Virus record (IMG/VR): IMGVR_UViG_3300031857_000002
Coordinates: 124,001 to 188,000 of that record
Direction: 5' to 3' (one strand)
DNA length: 64,000 bases
Shown here: positions 54,592 to 64,000 of the stretch, in pieces
How positions within the stretch are numbered: position 1 is the first letter of the stretch
How the letters are laid out: each line of letters starts with the position of its first letter
The notes under the pieces: generated by a model
Told to the model about the DNA's origin: nothing
Databases searched by the model: none
What the model saw: the letters and a program-made list of their open reading frames with translations, nothing else
Made by a program: the position numbers and the translations under genes

Positions 54592-57189
54592 TTATCTAGC
54601 TAATTGTTGGCTGTGTGTTCTTCTGCGCAATGCACCAATTCTAGTGACTTCGTTGAGCAAGCGACTGCGCTGTGCATCAGCAGATTCACTGAGTTGTCCA
54701 GAAAACTGACGATTGATGTATTTTTTAATAAACGCAACGTCATCTCGTGTCTGCACAGTTTCTAACATTTTCTTTACCTGCTTGATTGTTTCGGCAACTG
54801 GTTGTGCTTTGGCAGCGGCTGCAAGACGTTGTTGATACTTGGCCATCTCATCTGGGGTTGCACCACCTGATGTGACTTTGGGTGTCTTAGGTGTAGCGGG
54901 AGCCGCAGGAGCGCCAGGCGCTTTCAACCCTGGAATACCAGTCATGGGCTTGACGCTCATGGTCGTTTTGCCATAGCCGCCCTGTTGACCAAAGTTAGCA
55001 GTCTTTGCTGCCGGAGCAGTCTTGGCATACTTTTCCATGCCAGGCATTTGCATCACGTTGGTAGCATTAAACGACGTTGTGTTATTTGGTTGTGTAATCT
55101 TACCTGGGGCAGGAGTAGTACCAGTTGCTGGCGGCAATCCAGCAGTTGGGCCACCAGTAAGTGCAGGTTGTTGTGCTCCGTCCGCTGCCGAGATTTGTGA
55201 GGGTGTTGCTCCTGAGCCATACATTCGTGCCAGTTTTTCTTTTTCGTAAGGCTTGCCAGTTTCGGGATCAATAGCATAAATGTCACCAGTTTGAATGCCA
55301 GCGCCACGTTGCGGTGCAGGTGTACCATCGGGAACTGTTGCTGGTGCTGTGTAAGGAATACCCATCTTGCCGTATACATCAGTGATAACACCTTGTGGTA
55401 CACCTTGCTTGGCCAAGAAATCCGCAAGATAATCTGAATCAGTTTGGTGCCCTTGTTGTTCCCACTCTGTTTTGAGTTTGGCAGCAGTGACCTTGCGTGT
55501 GAAGTTTTGTGCTTGCTTGCTGAGATAACCGCCGACTTTGCCAGCAGCTTTGTCCAGCCAGTTAAGACCCTTGCCAATCATTCCAGGCTTTACTGCTCCG
55601 GCTTGTGGTGCATCGGGCATGTCTTGACGAGGCACAGCAGGTATATTTGTACGATTAGGACCCATTGCGTCAAGTTCTTTTAACAACGAACGACGATGAC
55701 GATCAACGTTTTCGATCACGGTCAACACACCTTTGTGTGTCAAGTGTATGTTACGAGCAGGTGCACGGCCTGTACTTTCGTTTAGAGCCCAGGCCATCAC
55801 AGTGAGCTTCTGATCAATCAACTGGTCGGCTGGCAAATGACGCAATTTTATTGCTGGTACCCAGCTTTCTTGCACTGGATTTGAAAATTCTGCAGGGTTA
55901 AAATTCTTAATGTAGGCTTTGTCGCCTCTGATATAAGCAGTTACGTCTTGGCCAGCATAGTTTACTTGAACTGTTTCGCCGCCTGGGCCAAGTCTTGGCT
56001 GAACACCGCCTTGTGGGAAAGCATAGGCCTGTACTTCTCTTCCATCTGGCAGTGTCAATGTACCACTGTTACCACCGTCGGGGAAAGACAATGAAGGTCC
56101 TGAAGGTGCTGTGGGCACTGCGGCGTCTACAGCGGCACCACCGCCTAACGGTTCTGGACTGGCTGCTGAGCCGCCTGCACCTGGCACTTTGTCCCCATAC
56201 ATGCCGCCCTTGTAATCTGCCCACAAGCTGCCTTGCCCTGGAGTACCTGCCGCAGGTAAATTAATTTCTTGGCCCTGCTGTAATGCCTTGGAGAAATCAA
56301 TATCTGGATTTGCCGCACGAATCAATTCAGGTGTGGTACCTTGAGCCTGGGCAATAAAGCCCAGTTGGTCACCTTTCATTATAGTATAGGTGCCACCACC
56401 TCCACCAGGTACAGGTGGGGGATTGCTAGGATCATTGTAAAAATCTGGATCTCCTGCAGGTAGCGGAGTGTCGTTGTAAAAATCTGGATCACCTTGTGGT
56501 AAAGGAGTGTCATTGTAAAAATCTGGATCGCCTATTGGACCACTTGGAGCAGACAATGCGGCAGCTACTTCTTGTGCACCAAGACCCATAAGTCCGGCGC
56601 CTACACCTTTTCCAATAATACTAGATAACTTCTCGCCTTTAATGGCAGCATCAATGGCAGCAGTAAGACCGGCAATAGCAACTGCACCAGCACCGCCGGT
56701 GGCCAGGCCAGCTAATCCAATCAGTGCTGTTTTAACAAACAACTGTGTTTTGGGATATTCTTTGGCCAACAATCGATACTTCTTGATTGCGTTCATAATC
56801 TTGCTGTCATTGCCAATTGCATCGCGTAGTGCGCCAGTGGCATCATTATAGGCAGCATCAACTCCGGCAACAGGAGTAGACTTAGTGATAGAACTTAAAA
56901 CACTGTTTATAGCATCCTTGGCAGACGTGTATGCTCCTGACACCGCATCTTTACCGCGACCCAATGCAGTACGATTTTGTCCTGTGGCATTGGCACCTGC
57001 TTCAATGGCCGCAAACAAGTCAAGAATTTCTTTCTCACTCATTCGACGTTCAACAATCATGCGACTTAGATTATGAAACTTGCGATAAGTTACATCTTCC
57101 TTCAACATTTTGTTGTGACGGCTCTCACTAAAAAACTGTCGGGTGTTACCAACTACAGTGTAGGTTGTGAATAATTGATCTACTATCAT
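54592..57189 (-). CDS. large Pro/Ala/Gly-rich protein with a LysM domain (probable virion protein)
   Basis: YTIMKGDQLGFIA...IRAANPDI...LQQGQEINLP LysM; Gly/Ala-rich hydrophobic segment. Confidence 0.7.
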   Translation of the reverse strand: MIVDQLFTTYTVVGNTRQFFSESRHNKMLKEDVTYRKFHNLSRMIVERRMSEKEILDLFAAIEAGANATGQNRTALGRGKDAVSGAYTSAKDAINSVLSSITKSTPVAGVDAAYNDATGALRDAIGNDSKIMNAIKKYRLLAKEYPKTQLFVKTALIGLAGLATGGAGAVAIAGLTAAIDAAIKGEKLSSIIGKGVGAGLMGLGAQEVAAALSAPSGPIGDPDFYNDTPLPQGDPDFYNDTPLPAGDPDFYNDPSNPPPVPGGGGGTYTIMKGDQLGFIAQAQGTTPELIRAANPDIDFSKALQQGQEINLPAAGTPGQGSLWADYKGGMYGDKVPGAGGSAASPEPLGGGAAVDAAVPTAPSGPSLSFPDGGNSGTLTLPDGREVQAYAFPQGGVQPRLGPGGETVQVNYAGQDVTAYIRGDKAYIKNFNPAEFSNPVQESWVPAIKLRHLPADQLIDQKLTVMAWALNESTGRAPARNIHLTHKGVLTVIENVDRHRRSLLKELDAMGPNRTNIPAVPRQDMPDAPQAGAVKPGMIGKGLNWLDKAAGKVGGYLSKQAQNFTRKVTAAKLKTEWEQQGHQTDSDYLADFLAKQGVPQGVITDVYGKMGIPYTAPATVPDGTPAPQRGAGIQTGDIYAIDPETGKPYEKEKLARMYGSGATPSQISAADGAQQPALTGGPTAGLPPATGTTPAPGKITQPNNTTSFNATNVMQMPGMEKYAKTAPAAKTANFGQQGGYGKTTMSVKPMTGIPGLKAPGAPAAPATPKTPKVTSGGATPDEMAKYQQRLAAAAKAQPVAETIKQVKKMLETVQTRDDVAFIKKYINRQFSGQLSESADAQRSRLLNEVTRIGALRRRTHSQQLAR
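56432..56532 (-). repeat. 39-bp coding tandem repeat (GDPDFYNDTPLPx, about 3 copies)
   Basis: TTGTAAAAATCTGGATC recurs at 39-bp period. Confidence 0.85.
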
Positions 57190-57190
57190 T

Positions 57191-57880
57191 TCAACGTTCT
57201 TCCAAATAATCTTGATTGCCTTGTGGCCGGCGGTTACGCTTCTGGAATATCTTTACTGCCATGTCGGCATCATTGACATTGCGGAAACGTGTGGGCAACT
57301 TACGCTCGCCTTGGCGAATTTCAAACCCTCTTTCTTCATCCCCGTAACACTCTAACATACTGCCATCTTCCATAGGGTAAGTTTTTACAGGTGCTTCGGC
57401 CATTACAGGTTCTTGTACCGGTGCTTGAGCAGGCACAATATCTAAATCTTGTTGTGTGGGATCTTCTTCAATCTCTTCATTTTCAGGATCTGGATCATTG
57501 GCGATGTCCAACTCGTCCTTGGCCTTGCGAACCAGGTGGCCATCAATTTTATTGTCGTCTTCCAGTCGCTCAAGATAATCCACAAAGGTACGTTTGACTT
57601 TGCTGAGCATGTCTTCTTCGACTTCTTGCATGGCTTCTTCTAACGGGCTCTTGGTAGGCTCAACTGAGTCACCAACCAGTTTGCCATCCATAGGATGCTT
57701 TTGGTAAGGCTTTTTGGTTAGTGTCGGTGAAATGTCCTTGGGCTTGAACAGCGCAGGCAACTGATCCACAGACTTCTGTTGTTTGTTTAGTCCGTGCTTG
57801 ACATTGACAGGAGTAAGTTTACCTTCCTCTACTGTGGCCAAGCGATCCAGTATTGATCTAATGTCTGCTGATGAACTCAT
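57191..57880 (-). CDS. acidic hypothetical protein (possible head-associated protein)
   Basis: ATGA overlap with dps; several xxE motifs. Confidence 0.6.
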   Translation of the reverse strand: MSSSADIRSILDRLATVEEGKLTPVNVKHGLNKQQKSVDQLPALFKPKDISPTLTKKPYQKHPMDGKLVGDSVEPTKSPLEEAMQEVEEDMLSKVKRTFVDYLERLEDDNKIDGHLVRKAKDELDIANDPDPENEEIEEDPTQQDLDIVPAQAPVQEPVMAEAPVKTYPMEDGSMLECYGDEERGFEIRQGERKLPTRFRNVNDADMAVKIFQKRNRRPQGNQDYLEER

Positions 57881-58317
57881 GCTCGTTGCTCTTTCAAATA
57901 ACTTCTCAACATCCAACCATGTTTCTGGTGGGCATCAATTCGTTCTGCAATGAAGTTAGCAATGCCTTGCTGGTTTTCATTGGTTGCTACTTGGAAAGTT
58001 TCGTTGAGAAGATCCAGCATCTGACCATTGTTGGCCAAGAGTTCTTCTAGCATGAGTCTAGCACGTGGGATCTTTGTTTGTCCCTGAATCTTTGTCAGTT
58101 CTATAAAGCGTTCAAATGAGCCAGGGGCATAGTCGCCCAGGGCACGAATGTATTCAGCAGTAGGGTCAGTAGCACCATACACATCATCGTGGATCGCGTC
58201 AAAGAAAGCATGTAGTTGACCAAAGTCTGGTCCTTCTACGTTCCAGTGAAACTGTTTGGCTTTTAGAGCAAAAGCCTCTTCAGTTGCCAGGAGAATTTTT
58301 AAAGCGTCCGCTAACAT
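57877..58317 (-). CDS. dps: Dps/ferritin-like DNA protection protein
   Basis: FHWNVEGPDFGQLH..F, D..AEYIRALG, KHGWMLRS. Confidence 0.9.
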   Translation of the reverse strand: MLADALKILLATEEAFALKAKQFHWNVEGPDFGQLHAFFDAIHDDVYGATDPTAEYIRALGDYAPGSFERFIELTKIQGQTKIPRARLMLEELLANNGQMLDLLNETFQVATNENQQGIANFIAERIDAHQKHGWMLRSYLKEQRA

Positions 58318-58498
58318 TCTTGTTCCTTTTGTATTCTTTAGGTGTGTTCGGCGTAGGATCAGCACCTGTTACATATTTACCTGCTAACAAAGATCCGCCA
58401 TTTCTTGACACAACACCCAGACTGCTTTGAACAGGGGCAATTGATCCTGCGCTTGTACCGCCTACGCTGGCGTTTTCCATGATTTCTTTAAATCGCAT
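58280..58498 (-). CDS. small protein with capsid-targeting-like N-terminus
   Basis: MRFKEIMEN-ASVGGTSAGSIA. Confidence 0.55.
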   Translation of the reverse strand: MRFKEIMENASVGGTSAGSIAPVQSSLGVVSRNGGSLLAGKYVTGADPTPNTPKEYKRNKNVSGRFKNSPGN

Positions 58499-58775
58499 TG
58501 TGGATCCTTAGGGTGTTGTGAGATATGAATTCTGCTGATCCGTGATTGACTCTGGGGTTGCTCACAACAAGATTGCCCTGGCCGATCAACTGATATTCTA
58601 TCGCATAATCACCAGGTGGTGCAGAGATAGGAATAACTTCTTCAAGACTTTGATCTTGCCAGATATAGGTACGTTCAGTAAACAATTCGTTGTTTACATA
58701 CAAACGATAGCTAGGCGGAGAGTTGTGCCACTCACAGCTTACATCGTATTCAATTTGAACGTCTTTTACAGGCAT
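58488..58775 (-). CDS. hypothetical phage protein
   Basis: YRLYVNNELFTERTY.W. Confidence 0.6.
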   Translation of the reverse strand: MPVKDVQIEYDVSCEWHNSPPSYRLYVNNELFTERTYIWQDQSLEEVIPISAPPGDYAIEYQLIGQGNLVVSNPRVNHGSAEFISHNTLRIHNAI

Positions 58776-58823
58776 AGTGTATTTAGCTATGGTTTTATCT
58801 GTGTTGATCCAAGTAAATAAACA

Positions 58824-59525
58824 ATGACTGAACTAATTTACACTCTAGTGGTCACACATATTACTATAATCTGTGTCACACTATTCTTACACCGTGGCCA
58901 AGCACATCGCGGTATCGTCTTTACTCCTGCACTAGAACATTTCATGCGAGCCTGGCTATGGCTTACCACAGGCATGGTCACTCGGCAATGGGTGGCCATA
59001 CATCGCAAACATCATAGATTCACAGAAGAACCTGAAGATCCGCACAGCCCGGTACACTACGGCATATGGCGTGTGTTATTTACAGGAGCGGGATTGTATC
59101 ACTCGGCCAGCAAAGATGCCGGGATGGTTGCACAATATGGCGTGGGCACACCCGACGACTGGGTTGAACGCAACATCTACACCAAGCACAGTCGCGTGGG
59201 TATTGCACTAATGTTGTTGATTGATATTGTGTTGTTTGGCGCCTGGGGTGTGTTGATATGGGGCATCCAAATGATATGGATTCCATTCTGGGCCGCAGGA
59301 GTTATCAACGGCATAGGACACTGGTGGGGATATCGTAATGGCCAAACTAAAGATCAAAGCAGGAACATTATGCCTTGGGGCATTATTATTGGCGGTGAAT
59401 GTCTGCACAATAATCATCATATTGAACCCGGCAATCCTCGTCTCAGTCGCCGCTGGTTTGAATTTGATATAGGCTGGATGTGGCTGAGCGTGTTTAGACT
59501 TGTGGGTCTTGCCAAGCTACGCTAG
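58824..59525 (+). CDS. membrane fatty-acid (acyl-CoA Delta9-type) desaturase
   Basis: His boxes HRGQAH, HRKHH, HNNHH; DPHSP; FEFDIGW. Confidence 0.9.
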   Translation: MTELIYTLVVTHITIICVTLFLHRGQAHRGIVFTPALEHFMRAWLWLTTGMVTRQWVAIHRKHHRFTEEPEDPHSPVHYGIWRVLFTGAGLYHSASKDAGMVAQYGVGTPDDWVERNIYTKHSRVGIALMLLIDIVLFGAWGVLIWGIQMIWIPFWAAGVINGIGHWWGYRNGQTKDQSRNIMPWGIIIGGECLHNNHHIEPGNPRLSRRWFEFDIGWMWLSVFRLVGLAKLR

Positions 59526-59527
59526 TG

Positions 59528-59752
59528 TTATGATATTTTTACCACGCCGCTGACCACAGAGTCTTTACCATATTGTCCTTGCAACAGCAGTTTGGCCATG
59601 GCTGGACTTTTGGCAAACACAGCCACATCAATGCTGGTACTGTAGTCGGGATTTTTTACCTTGACTCGAGCCTGATATACTTGAAATCCCGGTGCTATGG
59701 ATTCATTGAGATTGTACTGTGATCCTGTGACATTGGTTGCATACTGTTTCAT
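59528..59752 (-). CDS. hypothetical protein
   Basis: Coupled ORF; resembles 12533..12685. Confidence 0.6.
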   Translation of the reverse strand: MKQYATNVTGSQYNLNESIAPGFQVYQARVKVKNPDYSTSIDVAVFAKSPAMAKLLLQGQYGKDSVVSGVVKIS

Positions 59753-60360
59753 TTTTTACGTCCACTCTTCATGTTGGCACACCAGTGATACATCCGGGCC
59801 TTTTCGCCTGACGCATTTTTAGCACGTTGACGCAGATCAGTTACTGATCCTGAACAACTGGCACCTGCACGTTTCACACGTCCAGGACGGCTCTTGCCTT
59901 TGACCTTGCCGTCAGCAAAGTTTTCTGCCATAGTGGATTCCGCCGCAGTACCGATCAAATGCTTTGCATCGCCTGCCTTGTTCCAGGCCGCCCACATTGC
60001 TTGGCCTTGACTTGTTTGATTGTAACTGGGTCGAATATCATTGCCTAACATTTTGGCATACGCATACATTGTAGATGCCACACCTTTGTTTCTATATGCT
60101 GGATCAACCTCAGTGCCGCCGCTTTCTAAGTAATCCGCGGATGGATCTCTCTTCCCTCCTGGAGATCTTACAATTATTTCAAACAGAATATGACCTATTT
60201 CTCTATCGCCGTCATAGGCCTTGATCGACAATATCGGCTCACCCATAAACATTTCAACTGATGCTTTGTAAGTATAATCGCCAATCACTTGTTTGTGTCG
60301 GAATCTCTTGTTGAGAATACCTGTGTTTATTGTTTCTGTTATAAACTCTTGTGCTCTCAT
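59749..60360 (-). CDS. GNAT-like domain protein with capsid-targeting-like N-terminus
   Basis: MRAQEFITE; VDPAYRNKGVASTMY acetyl-CoA motif; QTSQGQAMW; basic C-terminal module after MAEN. Confidence 0.65.
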   Translation of the reverse strand: MRAQEFITETINTGILNKRFRHKQVIGDYTYKASVEMFMGEPILSIKAYDGDREIGHILFEIIVRSPGGKRDPSADYLESGGTEVDPAYRNKGVASTMYAYAKMLGNDIRPSYNQTSQGQAMWAAWNKAGDAKHLIGTAAESTMAENFADGKVKGKSRPGRVKRAGASCSGSVTDLRQRAKNASGEKARMYHWCANMKSGRKK

Positions 60361-63300
60361 AATTCATCCTTAAACAAGTACACTTGTATAGGAGTACCAG
60401 ATTTGTGTGCATCAGCAGATCTATGATGTCCGTCAAGTATGTACAGTTTGTTGTTTTTTTGTAGCACAACAGGATGTTGTTTCATTGTGGCAAATGGTGG
60501 CTTGCCTCCACCTTGTGTGCTCAGCCAATCTTGTGTGGCCAACAAGTGTCGTGGATTAACTTGTAGCAATGTGGGTTTGGTCCCTGCATCTAGTAAACTG
60601 TGTACACGATCTTTTAAATCGCCTGAGAACTTGAACTTGCTATCATACGGCTCATTGGTAGCAGGATGTGTTTTGCCACGATACTCGCTCATGCGCAATG
60701 GCATGGCGAAAAACTCTATGCCTTCCGCCACACCTTGCTTCTTATAGTAGAAACTATGAACATCTGTTTCTGGATCATACTTGACAACTAAATCACCAAC
60801 AGTAAATTCGTCACCGTGTTCTTCAACCATGTTAGCAAAGTTATTAACATCACCAAAAATATGTTCAATAACATCATCTTCTGTGCAATTACCTTGATAT
60901 GATAGATTGGAATCGGAGCCTTCTGCCACATCTTGATTGATACCTTCCGCCATGCCTTCAGCACCGTATTGTTGAATCTTTCCAGTCTTGTGCATGGATT
61001 GAACTTGGTTGAATACTTTGTTTAAGTTATGTGTGACACGCACAATCCATCCTTGGCTAGCAATGTATTGGAACGGGTCACTGATTTCAGTTTGTTTCAG
61101 TGGTGTCCCGGGGTTCTCACTAAAGTATTCCCCGGTTGGTAATTTTCTAAAGTTTGCGGCATCAAACACAGTAAGATAAGTTTTGCGGCCACGCATCTTG
61201 GGTAAATCTTTTTGATCAAAATACACAACAGGTTGTCCGTTTCGTGTAAATTCTACATAGCGTGTTTCATGAGCATTGCCAGTGGCATACAATGCTGTTC
61301 TATGTGGATCACCTGCAAACAATCCTTTAGTGGCATTGGTTTTAAGATTTTTCTTCTGCCAATAGGAGTCATCGCCAGTGTCGATGCCACTTTGTGACCA
61401 ATCATCTGTATGCTTGTAGTTCTTGAGATTAGAGCCAAAGTCTTTGATTTTTTGAGAATCTATTCGTGTGACTGTTTGTGGGCTGTTAGAGATGCCTTCG
61501 GCAATGCCTCGCTTGTGTAGATTTTGAGATGCGTTAGATGATTCCTTTTCGGCAGCATTCCACTTGTCGGCATAGTACTTGGCATCGCGTCTCAGGTCAG
61601 TAACGTCCACCACAAAGTCACCGTCCATAATGTGCCATACAGATTTTTCTACACCAGCCTTGGACATGGTGTAAGATTTTTTAATCGTGTATTTTTTATC
61701 TGCGCCTTCTGCAATGCTCTCACTCATGATTGGAACAACTTCAATCTCTGTGCCGTAGGCGTAGCCGTTGTTTTGAACCCATTGTGTGGCCACACGGTTA
61801 GCATCGCGTTGATCGTTACCTATACCAGAGAATCTATGCATCTCGTTGCCATCATTGTCTATGATCTTCCACGCACCTGTAAATGTGCCGGGTGTGGCTC
61901 GTTGCCGTGCTAGATCATTTGTGGATCCCGCAATATCGATCAGGCCACCTTGCTGTTGATCCGGTGTTGGTGCTGGTGCAGTGTCTTCCGCAGGTTCAAC
62001 TTGGTAGTTGCCATCAAAGTTGTTTTCTCTTGCCCACAAAGAGGCCAATTCATTGGCTTTTGCTCTAGTGTTCTCTGCAGGGCGGAAACGATATAATTCA
62101 CGATTTAATCCGTCAACTATTTTCCACTGTCCAGTTGGGCTTGTGGCAGCACGGCCTTGAGCCATTGGAATGTCTATGTCAACAAGTTCAAGGCCATCGG
62201 CAGTGCGCACACTATAAAAATCATCAGGATGATTGCGACGATACTGTTCAAGTCTGGCCAAAGCAGCTTCGTCATTGGGTGCTAGGAAGGCTACCGCTGT
62301 ATGTTGGCTACTTGGATCAAATATTTGATATTCTCTACCAGAGCTGGTGGCACGGCCTGCTGGTTCTTGCCTGCGCACAGGCCTAATGCTAAACATACGT
62401 GCGGCTTGAGTGGGTTGTAATCCGTGCGGCCCATGTTGGAAATAATCTTCAAGATGAGCAATTGCTTCTGCTTCATTGGTAACTCTGTCAGGTGCATTTT
62501 CTACTGAGTTACCAGTTTGTCTGTTGTAAATTTCATATTTGGTAGTTTGTTCAGTAGGTACGTCGCCAACACGTTCTGCTGACCAACCATTGGTGCTGAA
62601 AAATTCTTCCTCAGTGCGCCCACCTACGTTTAGATTCCATTTTTGTCTGGCTTTTTGCATTGCTTCGAATTCATCGGTAGCAACAACTTCTACACCCAGT
62701 CTTTGATAGGGAGAACTATTACTACCATAAACTTTCCAAATGGAGGGTTTAGATTTTTCATAATAAGGACTCAATGGTTTGGCACGTAGACTGCCACGGA
62801 ACTGTATAGCCTGCGGTGTGTTGGGTTCATCTGGCGCCCAATAGCTTTCGTTAAATGCTTTGTCAATGGCTTCTTCTTTGGTTGTGGCCACAACTTCCAC
62901 ACGACCATTACCCCAGGACACATTCCACCAGTAGCGTTGTCCACCAGTGTCGCCCTTCTTAAGTTTGTTAGCTAGATTCTTCTGCTGGAGTTCTTGAGCA
63001 GCTACTTTTCTAAAATCTTTAATGGCCTGTTGTGTTTCTTTGCTGAGTTTGCCGCCAGCCTCTTTCCCATCGCCCTGCAACGACGTCATGTACTTGGCAA
63101 ACTCTTCGATCATATCACCGTACTCGTCTTTGATGCCATCAGGGTTCAACAACTTATACAGTTTCTTCAAGTATTCTTCACGATACATTTCAGGATTTAT
63201 GGCCGCACTCATGGCCACTGTAAAGCGCAACAAGGTGTTTTCAATCTTGTCAAAGTTTTCATCCAGCCAATCGCCACCAGGTGAACGGAATTCAATGTGT

Positions 63301-63998
63301 CCGTCTTTGACGTTGATACTAGTGTACTTTGTGGTCACACCTGAGTGGATGGCCTTGCTGGCTGCTGTATCCAAGTGTGTTTTCATTTTTTCTAATGCTT
63401 GTTCTACTGCTTCAGGACGACTGCGAATGTTATCACGAATCATGCCCATGGCACTTTTGGCGTAGAAAGCACCAAGTCGACCAAAGCTGTCAGACACATA
63501 CTCGTCACCCATTAAGATAGCCAACTTAACAAAGTCCAAGTTTTCTCTGCTGTAGTCAGGCACTGAAACATTGATGTGCAATCCTGTTGAATCATTGGTG
63601 TAACACCCATATGATTTGGCCCATCGCTTGACCTTGTTTAGATCATTAAGAATCACATCAATGGGCAGGGGCGGGCTCACAAACTCCAGGCCTCTGTCTC
63701 CGTAGTCGTCGCCTTCTAAACTGCCATCAGGTTCAACCACATAGTGATGCGAACTTGTACTGGGTCTATCCACACTTCCTGCGTGATAATTGGTGCTGGC
63801 TTGAACATCTGTTCCTATAGCATCTTGGAAATCGTTAGCCACATCTTCTATGCTTCTATCACCACCACCCTGTGAATACCAGTGAGGCCAATTAATATCA
63901 TAATTGCTTTCAACGTCCTGCATGGTATTGATATTATTATCTTCCAGCCATTCTGATTCTAAATCTGCATTTTGATTAAAATCTTCTTGAGCGGATTC
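60357..63998 (-). CDS. 5'-truncated multidomain polyprotein: amidoligase-like domain, repeated small domains, C-terminal ParB-like domain
   Basis: DGSL, LEFVSPP, STGLHINV, IEFRS; C-terminal YILDGHHR; frame remains open to the window edge. Confidence 0.75.
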   Translation of the reverse strand, partial: ESAQEDFNQNADLESEWLEDNNINTMQDVESNYDINWPHWYSQGGGDRSIEDVANDFQDAIGTDVQASTNYHAGSVDRPSTSSHHYVVEPDGSLEGDDYGDRGLEFVSPPLPIDVILNDLNKVKRWAKSYGCYTNDSTGLHINVSVPDYSRENLDFVKLAILMGDEYVSDSFGRLGAFYAKSAMGMIRDNIRSRPEAVEQALEKMKTHLDTAASKAIHSGVTTKYTSINVKDGHIEFRSPGGDWLDENFDKIENTLLRFTVAMSAAINPEMYREEYLKKLYKLLNPDGIKDEYGDMIEEFAKYMTSLQGDGKEAGGKLSKETQQAIKDFRKVAAQELQQKNLANKLKKGDTGGQRYWWNVSWGNGRVEVVATTKEEAIDKAFNESYWAPDEPNTPQAIQFRGSLRAKPLSPYYEKSKPSIWKVYGSNSSPYQRLGVEVVATDEFEAMQKARQKWNLNVGGRTEEEFFSTNGWSAERVGDVPTEQTTKYEIYNRQTGNSVENAPDRVTNEAEAIAHLEDYFQHGPHGLQPTQAARMFSIRPVRRQEPAGRATSSGREYQIFDPSSQHTAVAFLAPNDEAALARLEQYRRNHPDDFYSVRTADGLELVDIDIPMAQGRAATSPTGQWKIVDGLNRELYRFRPAENTRAKANELASLWARENNFDGNYQVEPAEDTAPAPTPDQQQGGLIDIAGSTNDLARQRATPGTFTGAWKIIDNDGNEMHRFSGIGNDQRDANRVATQWVQNNGYAYGTEIEVVPIMSESIAEGADKKYTIKKSYTMSKAGVEKSVWHIMDGDFVVDVTDLRRDAKYYADKWNAAEKESSNASQNLHKRGIAEGISNSPQTVTRIDSQKIKDFGSNLKNYKHTDDWSQSGIDTGDDSYWQKKNLKTNATKGLFAGDPHRTALYATGNAHETRYVEFTRNGQPVVYFDQKDLPKMRGRKTYLTVFDAANFRKLPTGEYFSENPGTPLKQTEISDPFQYIASQGWIVRVTHNLNKVFNQVQSMHKTGKIQQYGAEGMAEGINQDVAEGSDSNLSYQGNCTEDDVIEHIFGDVNNFANMVEEHGDEFTVGDLVVKYDPETDVHSFYYKKQGVAEGIEFFAMPLRMSEYRGKTHPATNEPYDSKFKFSGDLKDRVHSLLDAGTKPTLLQVNPRHLLATQDWLSTQGGGKPPFATMKQHPVVLQKNNKLYILDGHHRSADAHKSGTPIQVYLFKDEL

Positions 63999-64000
63999 AC

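Overview
A 64-kb segment of a large, T4-like (probably jumbo) dsDNA bacteriophage genome, encoded almost entirely on the minus strand in standard code. The host is probably a proteobacterium (inferred from Bug/TctC, AhpCD, DUF4214 and sigma70 promoters). Contents in order: (1) a MoxR AAA+/VWA-metallopeptidase pair; (2) accessory genes (RpoZ, ADP-heptose enzymes, AhpC/AhpD behind an OxyR-like box); (3) a ~12-kb RNA region with 27 CCA-encoding tRNAs, a circularly permuted two-piece tmRNA whose spacer carries an ORF, and several unassigned structured RNAs; (4) RNase H, a 7-deazaguanine DNA-modification cluster (FolE, QueD, QueE, DpdL-like, DpdA; no QueC seen) interleaved with sugar-transfer genes, a probable sliding clamp and a family-B DNA polymerase; (5) probable capsid-packaged proteins, including an AEG-linker polyprotein truncated by the window edge. 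The best candidate for an undescribed system is a leaderless 38-codon leader peptide with antiterminator/terminator switch (19795-20007). It samples 30 different codons and sits directly upstream of 19 tRNA genes, consistent with a general tRNA-depletion sensor. All assignments come from reading the sequence by eye; no database searches or folding computations were run.
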